NCBI GenBank assembly: GCA_965231775.1
Contig: OZ246888.1
Coordinates: 3,648,546-3,712,545 of the forward strand
From: Candidatus Binatia bacterium
Lineage (GTDB): Bacteria; Desulfobacterota; Binatia; Bin18
DNA: 64,000 bases
Reading direction: 5' to 3'
Part shown: positions 20,718-29,993 of the stretch, piece by piece
Numbering within the stretch: position 1 is the first letter of the stretch
Layout of the letters: each line of letters begins with the position of its first letter
Made by a program: the position numbers and the translations under genes
Notes under the pieces: model-generated
The model's database searches: none
Seen by the model: only the letters and a program-made list of their open reading frames with translations
What the model was told of the DNA's origin: nothing

Positions 20718-21490
20718 ACGGACGCAAAACCCAGATCGGTTTCAGCCAACGTATCCGACTTGAGTGGTTGGAACAGACAGCCAATTTGATACTGGCTGGG
20801 AACGACAAGACCGCTATCAACGATACGCTCCAAGATATATTGGAGGACAAGGTGTCCGTTGGTGGGAAATCCGTTAGGGGCAATAGAGAAAAAGTAATTA
20901 CCATCCTGTTGAAGACCTGGCTCACGGTGCCTTGTGAATTAGAAACCCTACGGGACGAGGGTCTGGAAATACTCCAGGGACTCGCCCGCAAAGACAGAAT
21001 TGCTGTTCACTGGGGTATGGCGCTGGCGGCCTATCCCTTTTGGGGCGCAGTCGCCGCGCACACGGGCAGACTCTTGCGGCTCCAGGGGTCAGCCGCGGCA
21101 GCGCATGTCCAGCGCCGGGTCAAGGAGGAATACGGAGAACGTGAAACCGCTTCGCGGGCGGCTCGGCGCGTACTTCGGTCCTTCATCGATTGGGGAGTTT
21201 TGAACGAGACGCATGACAAAGGGGTCTACGCACAGGGGGAACAATACTCGGTTGAGGAACCCAGGCTCATCTCCTGGATGGTGGTAGCGTCTCTTCGTGC
21301 CCGTACGAACGAGTCTGCCGCCATAAGAGACCTGCTGGACAGTCCGGGCCTCTTTCCATTCCGTTTGGCCCACATCTCAGCCGAGCAAATGGCATCCCTC
21401 TCTCCTTGCCTGAATATCCTGCGGCACGGTCTGGATGATACCCTTGCGATGCTGCGTAAAGAAGGTCAGGCCGGCGAGAAGAGGGATTAA
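20714..21490 (+). CDS. brxA: BrxA-like protein of BREX-3
   Basis: Translationally coupled last gene after pglZ; HWGM..AYPF and RRVLRSFIDWGV; 258 aa. Confidence 0.65.
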   Translation: MNGRKTQIGFSQRIRLEWLEQTANLILAGNDKTAINDTLQDILEDKVSVGGKSVRGNREKVITILLKTWLTVPCELETLRDEGLEILQGLARKDRIAVHWGMALAAYPFWGAVAAHTGRLLRLQGSAAAAHVQRRVKEEYGERETASRAARRVLRSFIDWGVLNETHDKGVYAQGEQYSVEEPRLISWMVVASLRARTNESAAIRDLLDSPGLFPFRLAHISAEQMASLSPCLNILRHGLDDTLAMLRKEGQAGEKRD

Positions 21491-23283
21491 ATAACCGCCT
21501 CCAACTGAATAATGACGTTGTCGCGATCACGCAGAAAACCAATGCCGTTATACTGACCATCCAGATAATTATACTGTACGCTCAAGCGAAACGGGTCGCG
21601 GATAAACGTGATTTCGGGTTGGACCAGCCAGGACCCCTGCCAGTCGTACAGGAAGATCAGCTTGGGCTCGACCGCGCCCGAGAAATAGGCAGTGGAGATC
21701 AACAGAGTTTGAATCAGTTGATGCTGGTCGATGTTGACAAAGCTATTATTGTCCCGGTTGGGATCGAAAATCGGAGCGGCAAAGTGGCCGAAGCCATACG
21801 AGCCCGACACCGCCGAGACCGGGGTGTCGTTGAAATCCAGGATGTGCCGGCCAAAAATCTGGCTGCTGATGAGAAAGGACTCGTTCGGGTTCAGCAGGCT
21901 GATATAGCGCGTCATATCTAGCCCGAGAGACCAGCGCACCACATCGGACCGGCTGATCTTATTCCGGTAGCGCATCAGGGGACGGCCCGTTTCCGGGTCG
22001 GTGCCGACCTGTTGGTAGCCGGGCGTGAGCGCGCCGGTTAAGGCCGGCCCCAGAAGCTGGTCCGAGGCGGAATTGTGAAAAAACGGCTCGGAGTGAAAAT
22101 AGGCGAACTCGCTGCGGAGAATGGACGAGATGCGGGGAACACTGAAGGTGAGCGAGCCGCCGCTGATCTGTATTTTCGGATACAGCGCCTTGGCCTGAAA
22201 ATGCTCGGTCAGGAAGCGACCCGTGTCACCCGCCTGCACCGCGGACTCAAAGGCACCCAGCCCGACGGGTCGGTTGGTCGGCGTGACGATGCGCAGCACG
22301 GGCGTATCCAGATAGGTGGCGTAGTGGGCCAGACTGAACATGACCTCGCCCCACACGCCGACAATACGCCCGCCGCCACGCGCGTCCGCAAAATTCTTTG
22401 AGGGTTTTTTGACTTGACCGGTGACGCCCGGCGGGTTGGGCGTGGACCAGGGAGAGCCGGTCGGAACCGGCGCGGCAATTTTATCGTCAAAGACCATAAA
22501 GCCTTCGAGGTTGAGCTCGGACAGCGGCCCCACGCCACCGAACCCATACACGACCCGCGCCATATCGAGCGGAACCCGGCGCTCGTCGAGCGACACCAGA
22601 AAGCCCCCAAAACCAGCATCGAGCGGATTGATCTGATCCAGCAGGCGAAACACATCGGTCTCGCCCCACGACAGGTTCTGGCGTCCGATCCGCAAGAAGA
22701 ATGGCCCATAGGCATAGTTCACATAGGCTTCAAACAAACGATGCCGATGCCGCAGGCGTTGACGCGGGTCGGCATGCTGACAGCCAAAGCGCCGGGGGTG
22801 CGTCCGTTTTGCTTTGGTCGGCGTGCCGCAGTCCGCAAACAGCGGATAGCGCTCCCGAAAAACCGCCGGGCCATAGTCCCACACCCCATCGTATTCCCCT
22901 CGGTAGGTCACAAAATAGTCGAGGGTATCCGCTCTCAGCAGCCGCAGAGGAGCCAAGAGCGCTTGCAACGGTGCCAGCAGCCCGGTCGTATTCCCCGCCA
23001 CCAGACCGGTCAGGTCATGACTCAACTCGCCCTGAATGAACGTCCGGTTCTGGAGCATATTCCAGTCGTTATACGGCGTCTGGAGGCGCGTATTCGCCTC
23101 CGATCGCTCGACCGAAAAGGCGGTGCGGTTATAGACCCGGCCGCTGAAGCGCAGGCTTTCGTCCTGATCCAGAAAAACGGCCCAGGTCGGACCGGACGGC
23201 AAACTCAACAGCACGCCAACCAGCAGACCGACCCACAGCCATCGTTTTCTCGCGCGCATCCCAACGTCCAGTGGAATATGCAT
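21487..23283 (-). CDS. DUF1302-like outer-membrane beta-barrel protein
   Basis: Signal peptide, IGRQNLSWGETDVFRLLDQINP, amphipathic strands and LRDRDN C-terminus; adjacent to DUF1329. Start uncertain. Confidence 0.75.
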   Translation of the reverse strand: MHIPLDVGMRARKRWLWVGLLVGVLLSLPSGPTWAVFLDQDESLRFSGRVYNRTAFSVERSEANTRLQTPYNDWNMLQNRTFIQGELSHDLTGLVAGNTTGLLAPLQALLAPLRLLRADTLDYFVTYRGEYDGVWDYGPAVFRERYPLFADCGTPTKAKRTHPRRFGCQHADPRQRLRHRHRLFEAYVNYAYGPFFLRIGRQNLSWGETDVFRLLDQINPLDAGFGGFLVSLDERRVPLDMARVVYGFGGVGPLSELNLEGFMVFDDKIAAPVPTGSPWSTPNPPGVTGQVKKPSKNFADARGGGRIVGVWGEVMFSLAHYATYLDTPVLRIVTPTNRPVGLGAFESAVQAGDTGRFLTEHFQAKALYPKIQISGGSLTFSVPRISSILRSEFAYFHSEPFFHNSASDQLLGPALTGALTPGYQQVGTDPETGRPLMRYRNKISRSDVVRWSLGLDMTRYISLLNPNESFLISSQIFGRHILDFNDTPVSAVSGSYGFGHFAAPIFDPNRDNNSFVNIDQHQLIQTLLISTAYFSGAVEPKLIFLYDWQGSWLVQPEITFIRDPFRLSVQYNYLDGQYNGIGFLRDRDNVIIQLEAVI

Positions 23284-23293
23284 TGCCGCTGTC

Positions 23294-24565
23294 TTACTTC
23301 CCACGCAGCATGAGCGTCATGACCGTGAACTGACTCGGAGGGAGAGCCCGGTTGAGGAAAATCTTGGTTATCTGAAAATTGTTGGCTCGTTCAAGCTGAT
23401 AGTCAATTGATGCCTGGGCGGCAATCTGCGCTACCCAGTCCTTGTTGCCCCAGGGATCGAATTCGGGATGCCGGGCGACCACCATAAAACTCCGTTTATG
23501 CTGTCCCTCGTGGTCATACGTGAAGGAAAATAAGGGCAGGGAGGTCTGGACATCGATATACAGGATACGCCGGCTATACAGGGGATGAGAATTTTTCGGC
23601 GTGGCCTCAACCACCACGGCCCGGCGTAGCTCCCAGGGGTCAACCAGATACCAGTTGCCGCGCCCGCCCCAAGTCGGCGCGCTGGCCCGGATCGGGCCAG
23701 GGGCCAGGACCGTTTGCTCGCGTACATATTTCCAGTCATAGGCGTGAATATAGCCAAGGAAGCCGGAGCGGTCCTCAATCAGCACCACGCCCCGGCCGGG
23801 CGAGATGTATGGGGTATAAACAATTTTACGGGTGCGGCGCGTCTTTGGATCGTAGGCCCACTGGTCGTGCGGCAGGAAATCGTTGTCGGGCTGTACGGCC
23901 AGGATTTGATTTCCCTCGCTGTCAGACGGCGCCAGCATGCGGGTGTATTGTTTGGTGTAGACGCCCTGTTTCTCCCACTGCGGGACATTCTTTGCGCTGT
24001 CGGGACGATGCATGCCGTAGAGCGAGAAAAAGGCAAACGTCTGCGAGCGTTCCGTATTGCCATTGCTGTTGACGAGGCTATTCGTCGCCCACATTTGCGC
24101 GTCATCGCCCTGGTCGCGGTAGCGCAGATTCCAGACCGCTTTCAGCCCGGCCTGCGGGTCGTCCGCGTCGAGCACGGGAAAAGGCCGGCCGGCCACATAG
24201 TTCTGGAGTTCGCCCTCCCCGACCACCACTCCGCCATGATGGGCGAGCGTGGCGTCAATAAATACCTGTCGGAGTTGCAGGTCCGTGGTCTCCTGTACGC
24301 TGATCGAAAAATCGCCTGCCTCCAGATAGGTCAGAAGCTCCGGCGGCAAGACCGCAGCGGCGACCGCGGCATTGGTGGCGTCAATTTTCAGGCCGGGCTG
24401 GATGCCCTCCACCTGTGGTGACCCTTCCCGGTAGGGGGAAAAATCCTCAAGAATGCGCTCCCGTCCATTCTCTTGAGCCTGAGCAACCGGGGCAAAGGCC
24501 CCAAACACGACACAGGACACAAGCCAGCCTAGGAGGACACTCCCTCCACGAAAAATACTTGTCAC
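23294..24565 (-). CDS. DUF1329 family periplasmic (LolA-like) protein
   Basis: Signal peptide (..VAQA), NYVAGRPFP, DPQAGLKAVWN, WELRRAVVVEATPK and HPLYSRRILYID; GTG start after an AGGGGAG RBS. Confidence 0.82.
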   Translation of the reverse strand: MTSIFRGGSVLLGWLVSCVVFGAFAPVAQAQENGRERILEDFSPYREGSPQVEGIQPGLKIDATNAAVAAAVLPPELLTYLEAGDFSISVQETTDLQLRQVFIDATLAHHGGVVVGEGELQNYVAGRPFPVLDADDPQAGLKAVWNLRYRDQGDDAQMWATNSLVNSNGNTERSQTFAFFSLYGMHRPDSAKNVPQWEKQGVYTKQYTRMLAPSDSEGNQILAVQPDNDFLPHDQWAYDPKTRRTRKIVYTPYISPGRGVVLIEDRSGFLGYIHAYDWKYVREQTVLAPGPIRASAPTWGGRGNWYLVDPWELRRAVVVEATPKNSHPLYSRRILYIDVQTSLPLFSFTYDHEGQHKRSFMVVARHPEFDPWGNKDWVAQIAAQASIDYQLERANNFQITKIFLNRALPPSQFTVMTLMLRGK

Positions 24566-24593
24566 GCTGTCTCCCCTGAGAAAATCCCGGCCC

Positions 24594-24649
24594 AAAAAGA
24601 GTAAACGTATCCTCCAATAGATATGAGATGCTGGACACGTTTACTCTTT
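24594..24649 (-). promoter_or_regulatory. 17-bp hairpin with U-tail in the DUF1329 leader (attenuator/terminator-like)
   Basis: Arms 24596-24612 and 24633-24649; one G-U pair that works only on the minus strand; followed by a U run. Confidence 0.5.
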
Positions 24650-24817
24650 ACATCCCCTCCGGAGCCGGGATACTACGGGTCTTCGTTACCGAGCCTTTCT
24701 GCCTGAGAAAGCACAATTCCGCAACCGCTGCCTCTGAACGGCCAGACCGGCTTGCATCCCTCTCCCAGTCCCGCTAAGCAGACGGGCAAGTATAATTCAT
24801 AGAGGAGGGATCAGATT

Positions 24818-25204
24818 ATGAGTGCACAGGAAATCGAAGCCGCGGCCAGGGGCTTCTTTGACGCCTTTACGCAATTGGACGTGGAAAAGGCGATTGACAT
24901 GCTGTCCGAGGACCTTGAGGTGATTGATCACGTCCCCTATCGGTTTGACAGCAAAGCGGAGTTCGCCGATTTTTTGCGGGGGGCGATGGCGGGCATTGCC
25001 TCGGCCAACTCCGGCCTGCGTCAACTGTCCTGCCGAATGGTCGGAGACAGTGCCGGCGTAGCAAATGGGTATGACACCTTTACCGGGGTGGGCAAGGACG
25101 GTCAGGTCAGCACCTTAAACGGACGGACCACCCTCGTCTTCGGCAAAGAAGGCGGCCAGTGGAAAATCGTCAGCGCCCATTTTTCTCCTCTGCCAACCCA
25201 TTAA
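24818..25204 (+). CDS. SnoaL/NTF2-like (DUF4440-type) protein
   Basis: GRTTLVF..GQWKIVSAHFS; TATAAT at 24791 and GGAGG RBS. Confidence 0.85.
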   Translation: MSAQEIEAAARGFFDAFTQLDVEKAIDMLSEDLEVIDHVPYRFDSKAEFADFLRGAMAGIASANSGLRQLSCRMVGDSAGVANGYDTFTGVGKDGQVSTLNGRTTLVFGKEGGQWKIVSAHFSPLPTH

Positions 25205-25213
25205 CGCCATAAC

Positions 25214-25236
25214 GCTCCCCTCCGAGCGAGGGGAGC
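25214..25236. terminator. Hairpin between convergent genes
   Basis: GCTCCCCTC-cgagc-GAGGGGAGC, 9-bp stem. Confidence 0.45.
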
Positions 25237-25253
25237 ATGGCTGGAGAAGCGGC

Positions 25254-26936
25254 CTAGGCGGCTCCGGCCCGCAGTACTTGACCGGGCAGGTCGCCGGTAT
25301 GCTGCTGGTCTGCGTATAAGACCTCACCGTTCACGACCGTATGCATCACTCCCTGAGCGGGAACGACCAGACGCCGCCCACCGCCGGGCAGGTCGTAGCG
25401 CATCTCGGGTCGCTTGGGCGAGCCTATCGTGGTGGCATCAAAAATGGCGATATCGGCGGCCATGCCTTCAGCCAGCACACCCCGATTGGGCACGCCAAAG
25501 AATTGGGCCGGCTCGGAGGTGATCCGCTGGACCGCCCGCTCAATCGGCATGAGCTGTTTTTCACGCACCCAGGTGCCGAGCAGATAGGTGCAGTAGCCGG
25601 CGTCGCACAGCATATCCACGTGGGCGCCGCCGTCCGACAGGCCAATCATCGTGTTGGGATGGGTAATGAGTTCGGCCACGCGCTTTTCGTCCGCATTGAA
25701 CAGGGCCATGACGTATTGGATGTTCAGGTTGTCCTCAATGGCCAAGTCGAGGAAGGTGTCCAGTCCGTCTTTCCCCCGCTCGCGGGCCACCTCGTCAACC
25801 GTTTTACCCTCGTATTTTTTGAGGCTTGGATTACTGACTTCCTGGATATCAACCCGGTCCCACTTGCCCGGAAAGACCCGCGGCTGCTCAAACGTCTTGC
25901 GCCAGACGCGGCGGAATTCGGGGTCGCGGTAGAGCGCGCTCTGCTCCTCTTCTCCTTTATTAAAGGCCGGGTTCCAGCACTCCAGATTGGCAAAGATGAA
26001 CGGGTTGCGCAGGTTGACCTGCACGCTGAGCGGCCGACAGGTGACCTGCGGGACGATCCCGCGCCGGATCAAGGATTCGGTCTGGCGGAGCGTTTCCATG
26101 CAGACATCGGGCTGGTCGTCGCGTGACAGCATGGCCAGCCAGGTCACCGGACGATTACTCTGGGTGCCCAAATGGTCGAGCAAGGCATAGTCACTTTCTG
26201 TTACGACACCCGGCTGGTCGTTCAGGGCCAGCTCGATCGTGCCTCTGCCCAGGGACTTGAGAACACCGGCGTAGGCGGCCAGTTCGTCAAAGCTGGCCAG
26301 GCGGCAGGCGAGCGGCCGGCCCTGATAGCCGATATGCTGCGGGCCGTTGGTGGTCGAGAAGCCGAACGCCCCGGCCTGCATGGCCTCGCGCAGCAGGGCG
26401 GCGATCTGGCTTGTTTCCTCCGGCGTGGCGGCGCGATCCATGGATTCTTCACCCATCACGTAATGACGAAACGGCGTCAGGGGCGCCATAAACCCCAGGT
26501 TGATCCCCGAACCGCGCCTGTCGGCGGCGTCCATGTATTCGGGGAAGGTCTCCCAATCCCAGGTCACGCCTTGTGACAGTACGTCAAAAGGAATGGCTTC
26601 AACATTGACCAGATCCCAGGCCGCGATCTCGCGCACCGCAGGTTTGCACGGAGCCAGGCCCACGCCGCAGTTGCCCATGATGACACTGGTCACACCGTGC
26701 CAGGACGACGGCGAGATGACCGGGTCCCAACAGATCTGGGCATCGTAGTGGGTGTGGTGATCGATAAAGCCGGGGCTGACGGTCAGGTCGGAGGCATCAA
26801 TGACCCTTTTTGCGCCTTCGGTGATTTTCCCAATTTCGGCGATTTTCCCCTGGGCGACCGCGATATCGGCCCGGACCGGCGGTGCGCCGCTCCCGTCAAC
26901 GACCGTGCCATTCTTAATCAACAGTTCGTAGGACAT
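25254..26936 (-). CDS. N-acyl-D-amino-acid deacylase family amidohydrolase
   Basis: PGFIDHHTHYD, MGNCGVG, GLSDGGAH and DLPGGGRRL. Confidence 0.9.
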   Translation of the reverse strand: MSYELLIKNGTVVDGSGAPPVRADIAVAQGKIAEIGKITEGAKRVIDASDLTVSPGFIDHHTHYDAQICWDPVISPSSWHGVTSVIMGNCGVGLAPCKPAVREIAAWDLVNVEAIPFDVLSQGVTWDWETFPEYMDAADRRGSGINLGFMAPLTPFRHYVMGEESMDRAATPEETSQIAALLREAMQAGAFGFSTTNGPQHIGYQGRPLACRLASFDELAAYAGVLKSLGRGTIELALNDQPGVVTESDYALLDHLGTQSNRPVTWLAMLSRDDQPDVCMETLRQTESLIRRGIVPQVTCRPLSVQVNLRNPFIFANLECWNPAFNKGEEEQSALYRDPEFRRVWRKTFEQPRVFPGKWDRVDIQEVSNPSLKKYEGKTVDEVARERGKDGLDTFLDLAIEDNLNIQYVMALFNADEKRVAELITHPNTMIGLSDGGAHVDMLCDAGYCTYLLGTWVREKQLMPIERAVQRITSEPAQFFGVPNRGVLAEGMAADIAIFDATTIGSPKRPEMRYDLPGGGRRLVVPAQGVMHTVVNGEVLYADQQHTGDLPGQVLRAGAA

Positions 26937-27153
26937 GGTTCTCCCCTTCCTGTGTAATCCCTCGTTTTTTCGATGTATCGTATCGTCCTATCCTGTTCCC
27001 TCGGGCAGGGTCAAGCGTCGATCCCATGCGCCTCCCCTATCGGAGGACTTGACACACGGGCCGGGGAAAGCTGACAATTCCTCTCCTTCGTCAGACGGTC
27101 CGCAGCCCCATACCCAGGGGAGGCGACACGCCGGAGAAAGGACCTTCAGAGCG

Positions 27154-27861
27154 ATGACAACCACGGGCACAGTCCTCCAGGAAGTCGAAGTCAAACTCCT
27201 CGCTGATGGCGCGACGGTCTTCGAGCAGATCGCGACCCGCTCTCAGCTCGGCCCTTTTCGTCTTGAGCGTCGCCCGACTCTCCAGTTACAGACAACGTAT
27301 CTGGATACGGCTGACTTCTTCATCACTCGGCATGCGCTTGCCCTGCGTCTGCGGCGCATCGGGGACGACGGCTGGGAAGTTTCAACCAAGGGACAGGGCC
27401 AAGTCAAAGGGGCTATTCATGCTCGCCCGGAACGGACGCTGGTGCTGCCCGGTGCGCCGACCTTTCCCTTCGTCCCACCAGAAGAATTAGCCGATGGTTT
27501 GCCAGCCGTCGCGAGCGGCCAGACGCTGGCCCCGATTCTGATTTCCGAGGTGGAGCGACAACGCTTGGCCATCAAGCGGAACGCTGAGCCCCAAGAAACG
27601 GCGCTGGCAGAGGTGGCGCTCGATACGGCGCGCTATCGCGACCCGAAAGCGCCTGAGCGTGCCCTTGCCACGTTTTATGAAGTCGAGGTCGAGCTGGAAA
27701 CCGGCACGCAGGAGGAGCTGAGACGGATCAGCCGTTTTCTCCAGGAGCATTTTCCCTTACACCCGTCACGCGATAATAAGCTGCATCGCGGCCTCGCCCT
27801 CTTATACGGGCCAGGGGTGTGGAAAGTCCCCTACGCGAGCCCGCTACAGTCGGGCGTGTGA
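27154..27861 (+). CDS. CYTH domain protein (triphosphate tunnel metalloenzyme)
   Basis: ExExK motif EVEVK, YLDT, ALRLR and YEVEVEL. Confidence 0.85.
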   Translation: MTTTGTVLQEVEVKLLADGATVFEQIATRSQLGPFRLERRPTLQLQTTYLDTADFFITRHALALRLRRIGDDGWEVSTKGQGQVKGAIHARPERTLVLPGAPTFPFVPPEELADGLPAVASGQTLAPILISEVERQRLAIKRNAEPQETALAEVALDTARYRDPKAPERALATFYEVEVELETGTQEELRRISRFLQEHFPLHPSRDNKLHRGLALLYGPGVWKVPYASPLQSGV

Positions 27862-27895
27862 GGCTCGTGAACCGTCTTTCCAAGGCTGTGCCGTT

Positions 27896-29392
27896 TTACG
27901 ACCACGGGGCGACCGTAGAGATAAAGTCCGTGAAGGTCGTATGGACTTCCGCGCGCAGTTGCTCCTGCTGATTTTCGAAGGTCTGCGTCAACAGGTCAAT
28001 TGTTCGATCAGTTCGGTGCCTCTGGCCGGGCGAGCCTGGCACTGCGCTGGCGAGGTTTCGTAGCATCTGCTGCTGGACATCGAGATCGTTGAGCTGACCT
28101 AACACGTCCTGGAGGGTGCGCAGACGCCGAATCGGTTCGGTCGTTACCTCCGCGGGGAAAACGCTGGCAAAAAACTCGAACAAATAGCGGAGTTTCTTAC
28201 AGGCGATGCGCAGTCTGTGTAGCTGCTCGGAGGTGCTTGCCTTGAGAGCGTCGGGCGGTATGGAGGTGAGCACCTGCTGACACTGCCGGCGAATGGATTT
28301 GCGGACCAGCTTTGCCAGCTTGTGGCCGGCCTGCGGTCCCCTGGCTTTCGTATCCGTTGTCGCGCTTTCCCAGCGCTCAAGAATGGTCTCATACTGCTGG
28401 GTGTTCAACGCCTCCACCAGACGGTGATGGGTGGTGTAGCGTTCATGCCGAACGACCCGAAAAAGCGGCTCCATATCCGGGCGCAGTTCCGGCGGAAGAG
28501 CGGCCAGATAGTCCGCTTGCTGGAGCAGCAACACGTCCAGGTCGCGCAGGTGGTTGGTCAGGCTGCCTAGAAAAGACAGATCCGCACGCAGTTGTTTGGT
28601 CAGGCGAATCGGAAGCACCTTGGACAGTTGGCCGAGCAAGGACCGAGCGCGCCGCACGGCTACGCGCAAGTCGTGCAAAAACTCGGTATCGATATCGTGC
28701 AGGATACCCGGCCTGTTCTGTCTGACGATGTCGAGCAGAAAGGCCAGAATCGTACGCACCGCGCTATCCGCCCGCATATCGGGCTCGAATGCGAAGGCGA
28801 GTTTCGCGGAATACGCCCTGGCCTGTTGGACTGTGTACAGGGTCGCCAGCGGACCGCTCGGGGAAACCGGAGTCAGGGCTAAGGAATCCAGCCATGCGCA
28901 CAGCTCACCCGCCGACTCGGCATAAGCCGAGACCTCGACCTGGGTCGGAAACGGGACGATCCCCCCGTAGTCTTTGGTTGCGCTCTCTTCAAAGACAATA
29001 TTCGCCACGGGTCGATGGGGGGCCGCCCGCTCCGCGAGCGTAAGATACGAGGCGTGCACGACCGCCCGCTCCAGAAGCGCGCGGATTGAGACCAACGGCA
29101 GGAGTTGCGCTTTGAGGGGACTCTCTAGCCACTCGCTGACACGGGGCAGGAGCGCCGAGCAGGGCGTGCGTTCGCTCACCGGACGGTTGTCCAGCGACCA
29201 GAGCGCAACCGTATCGTGCGTTTGACACAAGGCCCGCTTACGCCGAAACAGGCGCCAGTCAAAGGTATCGAAATAACGCCGCGTCTGGGTTCCTAAAGAG
29301 GTGAGCTCAACGGGAAAACACGCCTGCAATTGGCACAGGAACTGGTCCTGGGTTACGTTCCCTGGCAAACTATAGCGGGTCCGCATACTCAT
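27896..29392 (-). CDS. CHAD domain protein (polyphosphate binding) with a degenerate CYTH-like N-terminus
   Basis: EFLHDLRVAVRRARS, LRDLDV, LHRLRIACKKLRY and LQDVLGQLND. Confidence 0.88.
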   Translation of the reverse strand: MSMRTRYSLPGNVTQDQFLCQLQACFPVELTSLGTQTRRYFDTFDWRLFRRKRALCQTHDTVALWSLDNRPVSERTPCSALLPRVSEWLESPLKAQLLPLVSIRALLERAVVHASYLTLAERAAPHRPVANIVFEESATKDYGGIVPFPTQVEVSAYAESAGELCAWLDSLALTPVSPSGPLATLYTVQQARAYSAKLAFAFEPDMRADSAVRTILAFLLDIVRQNRPGILHDIDTEFLHDLRVAVRRARSLLGQLSKVLPIRLTKQLRADLSFLGSLTNHLRDLDVLLLQQADYLAALPPELRPDMEPLFRVVRHERYTTHHRLVEALNTQQYETILERWESATTDTKARGPQAGHKLAKLVRKSIRRQCQQVLTSIPPDALKASTSEQLHRLRIACKKLRYLFEFFASVFPAEVTTEPIRRLRTLQDVLGQLNDLDVQQQMLRNLASAVPGSPGQRHRTDRTIDLLTQTFENQQEQLRAEVHTTFTDFISTVAPWS

Positions 29393-29478
29393 GTCCGATT
29401 CTTCTGTGTTATGAGACAGGCCCCTGACCATGCCCGTAGTATAGAGACCTGCCAGGACTAATAAAGGTAGCCCCAAAA

Positions 29479-29949
29479 ATGAACGCCCAGCCCGGCACCT
29501 ATGCCCTCCTCTTGCAAGCCGACCGGCGGCAGACCGTCCGGATTGGGCGGCTGGGCCAGCTTGCCGTTGAGCCGGGCTGCTATATCTACGTTGGCAGTGC
29601 CCTGGGATCGGGCGGAGTGCGGGCGCGTGTCGGTCATCACGTCCATATTACCCAGCGTCCGCACTGGCATATCGATTATCTCCTCCGGGCGGCTGCGCTC
29701 CGACACGTCTGGTATTCATGCGATTCCGTTCGTCGAGAACATGCCTGGGCGGATATTTTTGCGCATATACGGGGCGCATCGATTCCTCTGCCCGGCTTTG
29801 GCGCATCCGACTGCGCGTGTCTAACCCATCTGTATTTCTTCCCGCGTCAACCCCGGCTGGATACCTTTCGGCGCAGACTGCGGGTCGCTCTTCCGCAGCA
29901 TAGTCGAGTCGAACGGCTGGCGGTGGAAGGAAGAGCCTGTCTTGTCTGA
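29479..29949 (+). CDS. GIY-YIG (DUF123/Uri-like) nuclease family protein
   Basis: GTYAL, YIYVGSA, HWHIDYL and FGASDCAC..HL. Confidence 0.85.
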   Translation: MNAQPGTYALLLQADRRQTVRIGRLGQLAVEPGCYIYVGSALGSGGVRARVGHHVHITQRPHWHIDYLLRAAALRHVWYSCDSVRREHAWADIFAHIRGASIPLPGFGASDCACLTHLYFFPRQPRLDTFRRRLRVALPQHSRVERLAVEGRACLV

Positions 29950-29993
29950 CAGGCCCGGACTGTTCTATAGAGTAGCGGGTATAAGGATAGAGC

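Larger units (their letters stand above)
10708..21490 (+). mobile_element. Decaying type-3 BREX defence island (no integrase seen)
   Basis: Co-oriented HTH-brxF-brxC-pglXI-[accessory]-brxHII scar-pglZ-brxA matches type-3 order and interrupts metabolic genes. Confidence 0.8.
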
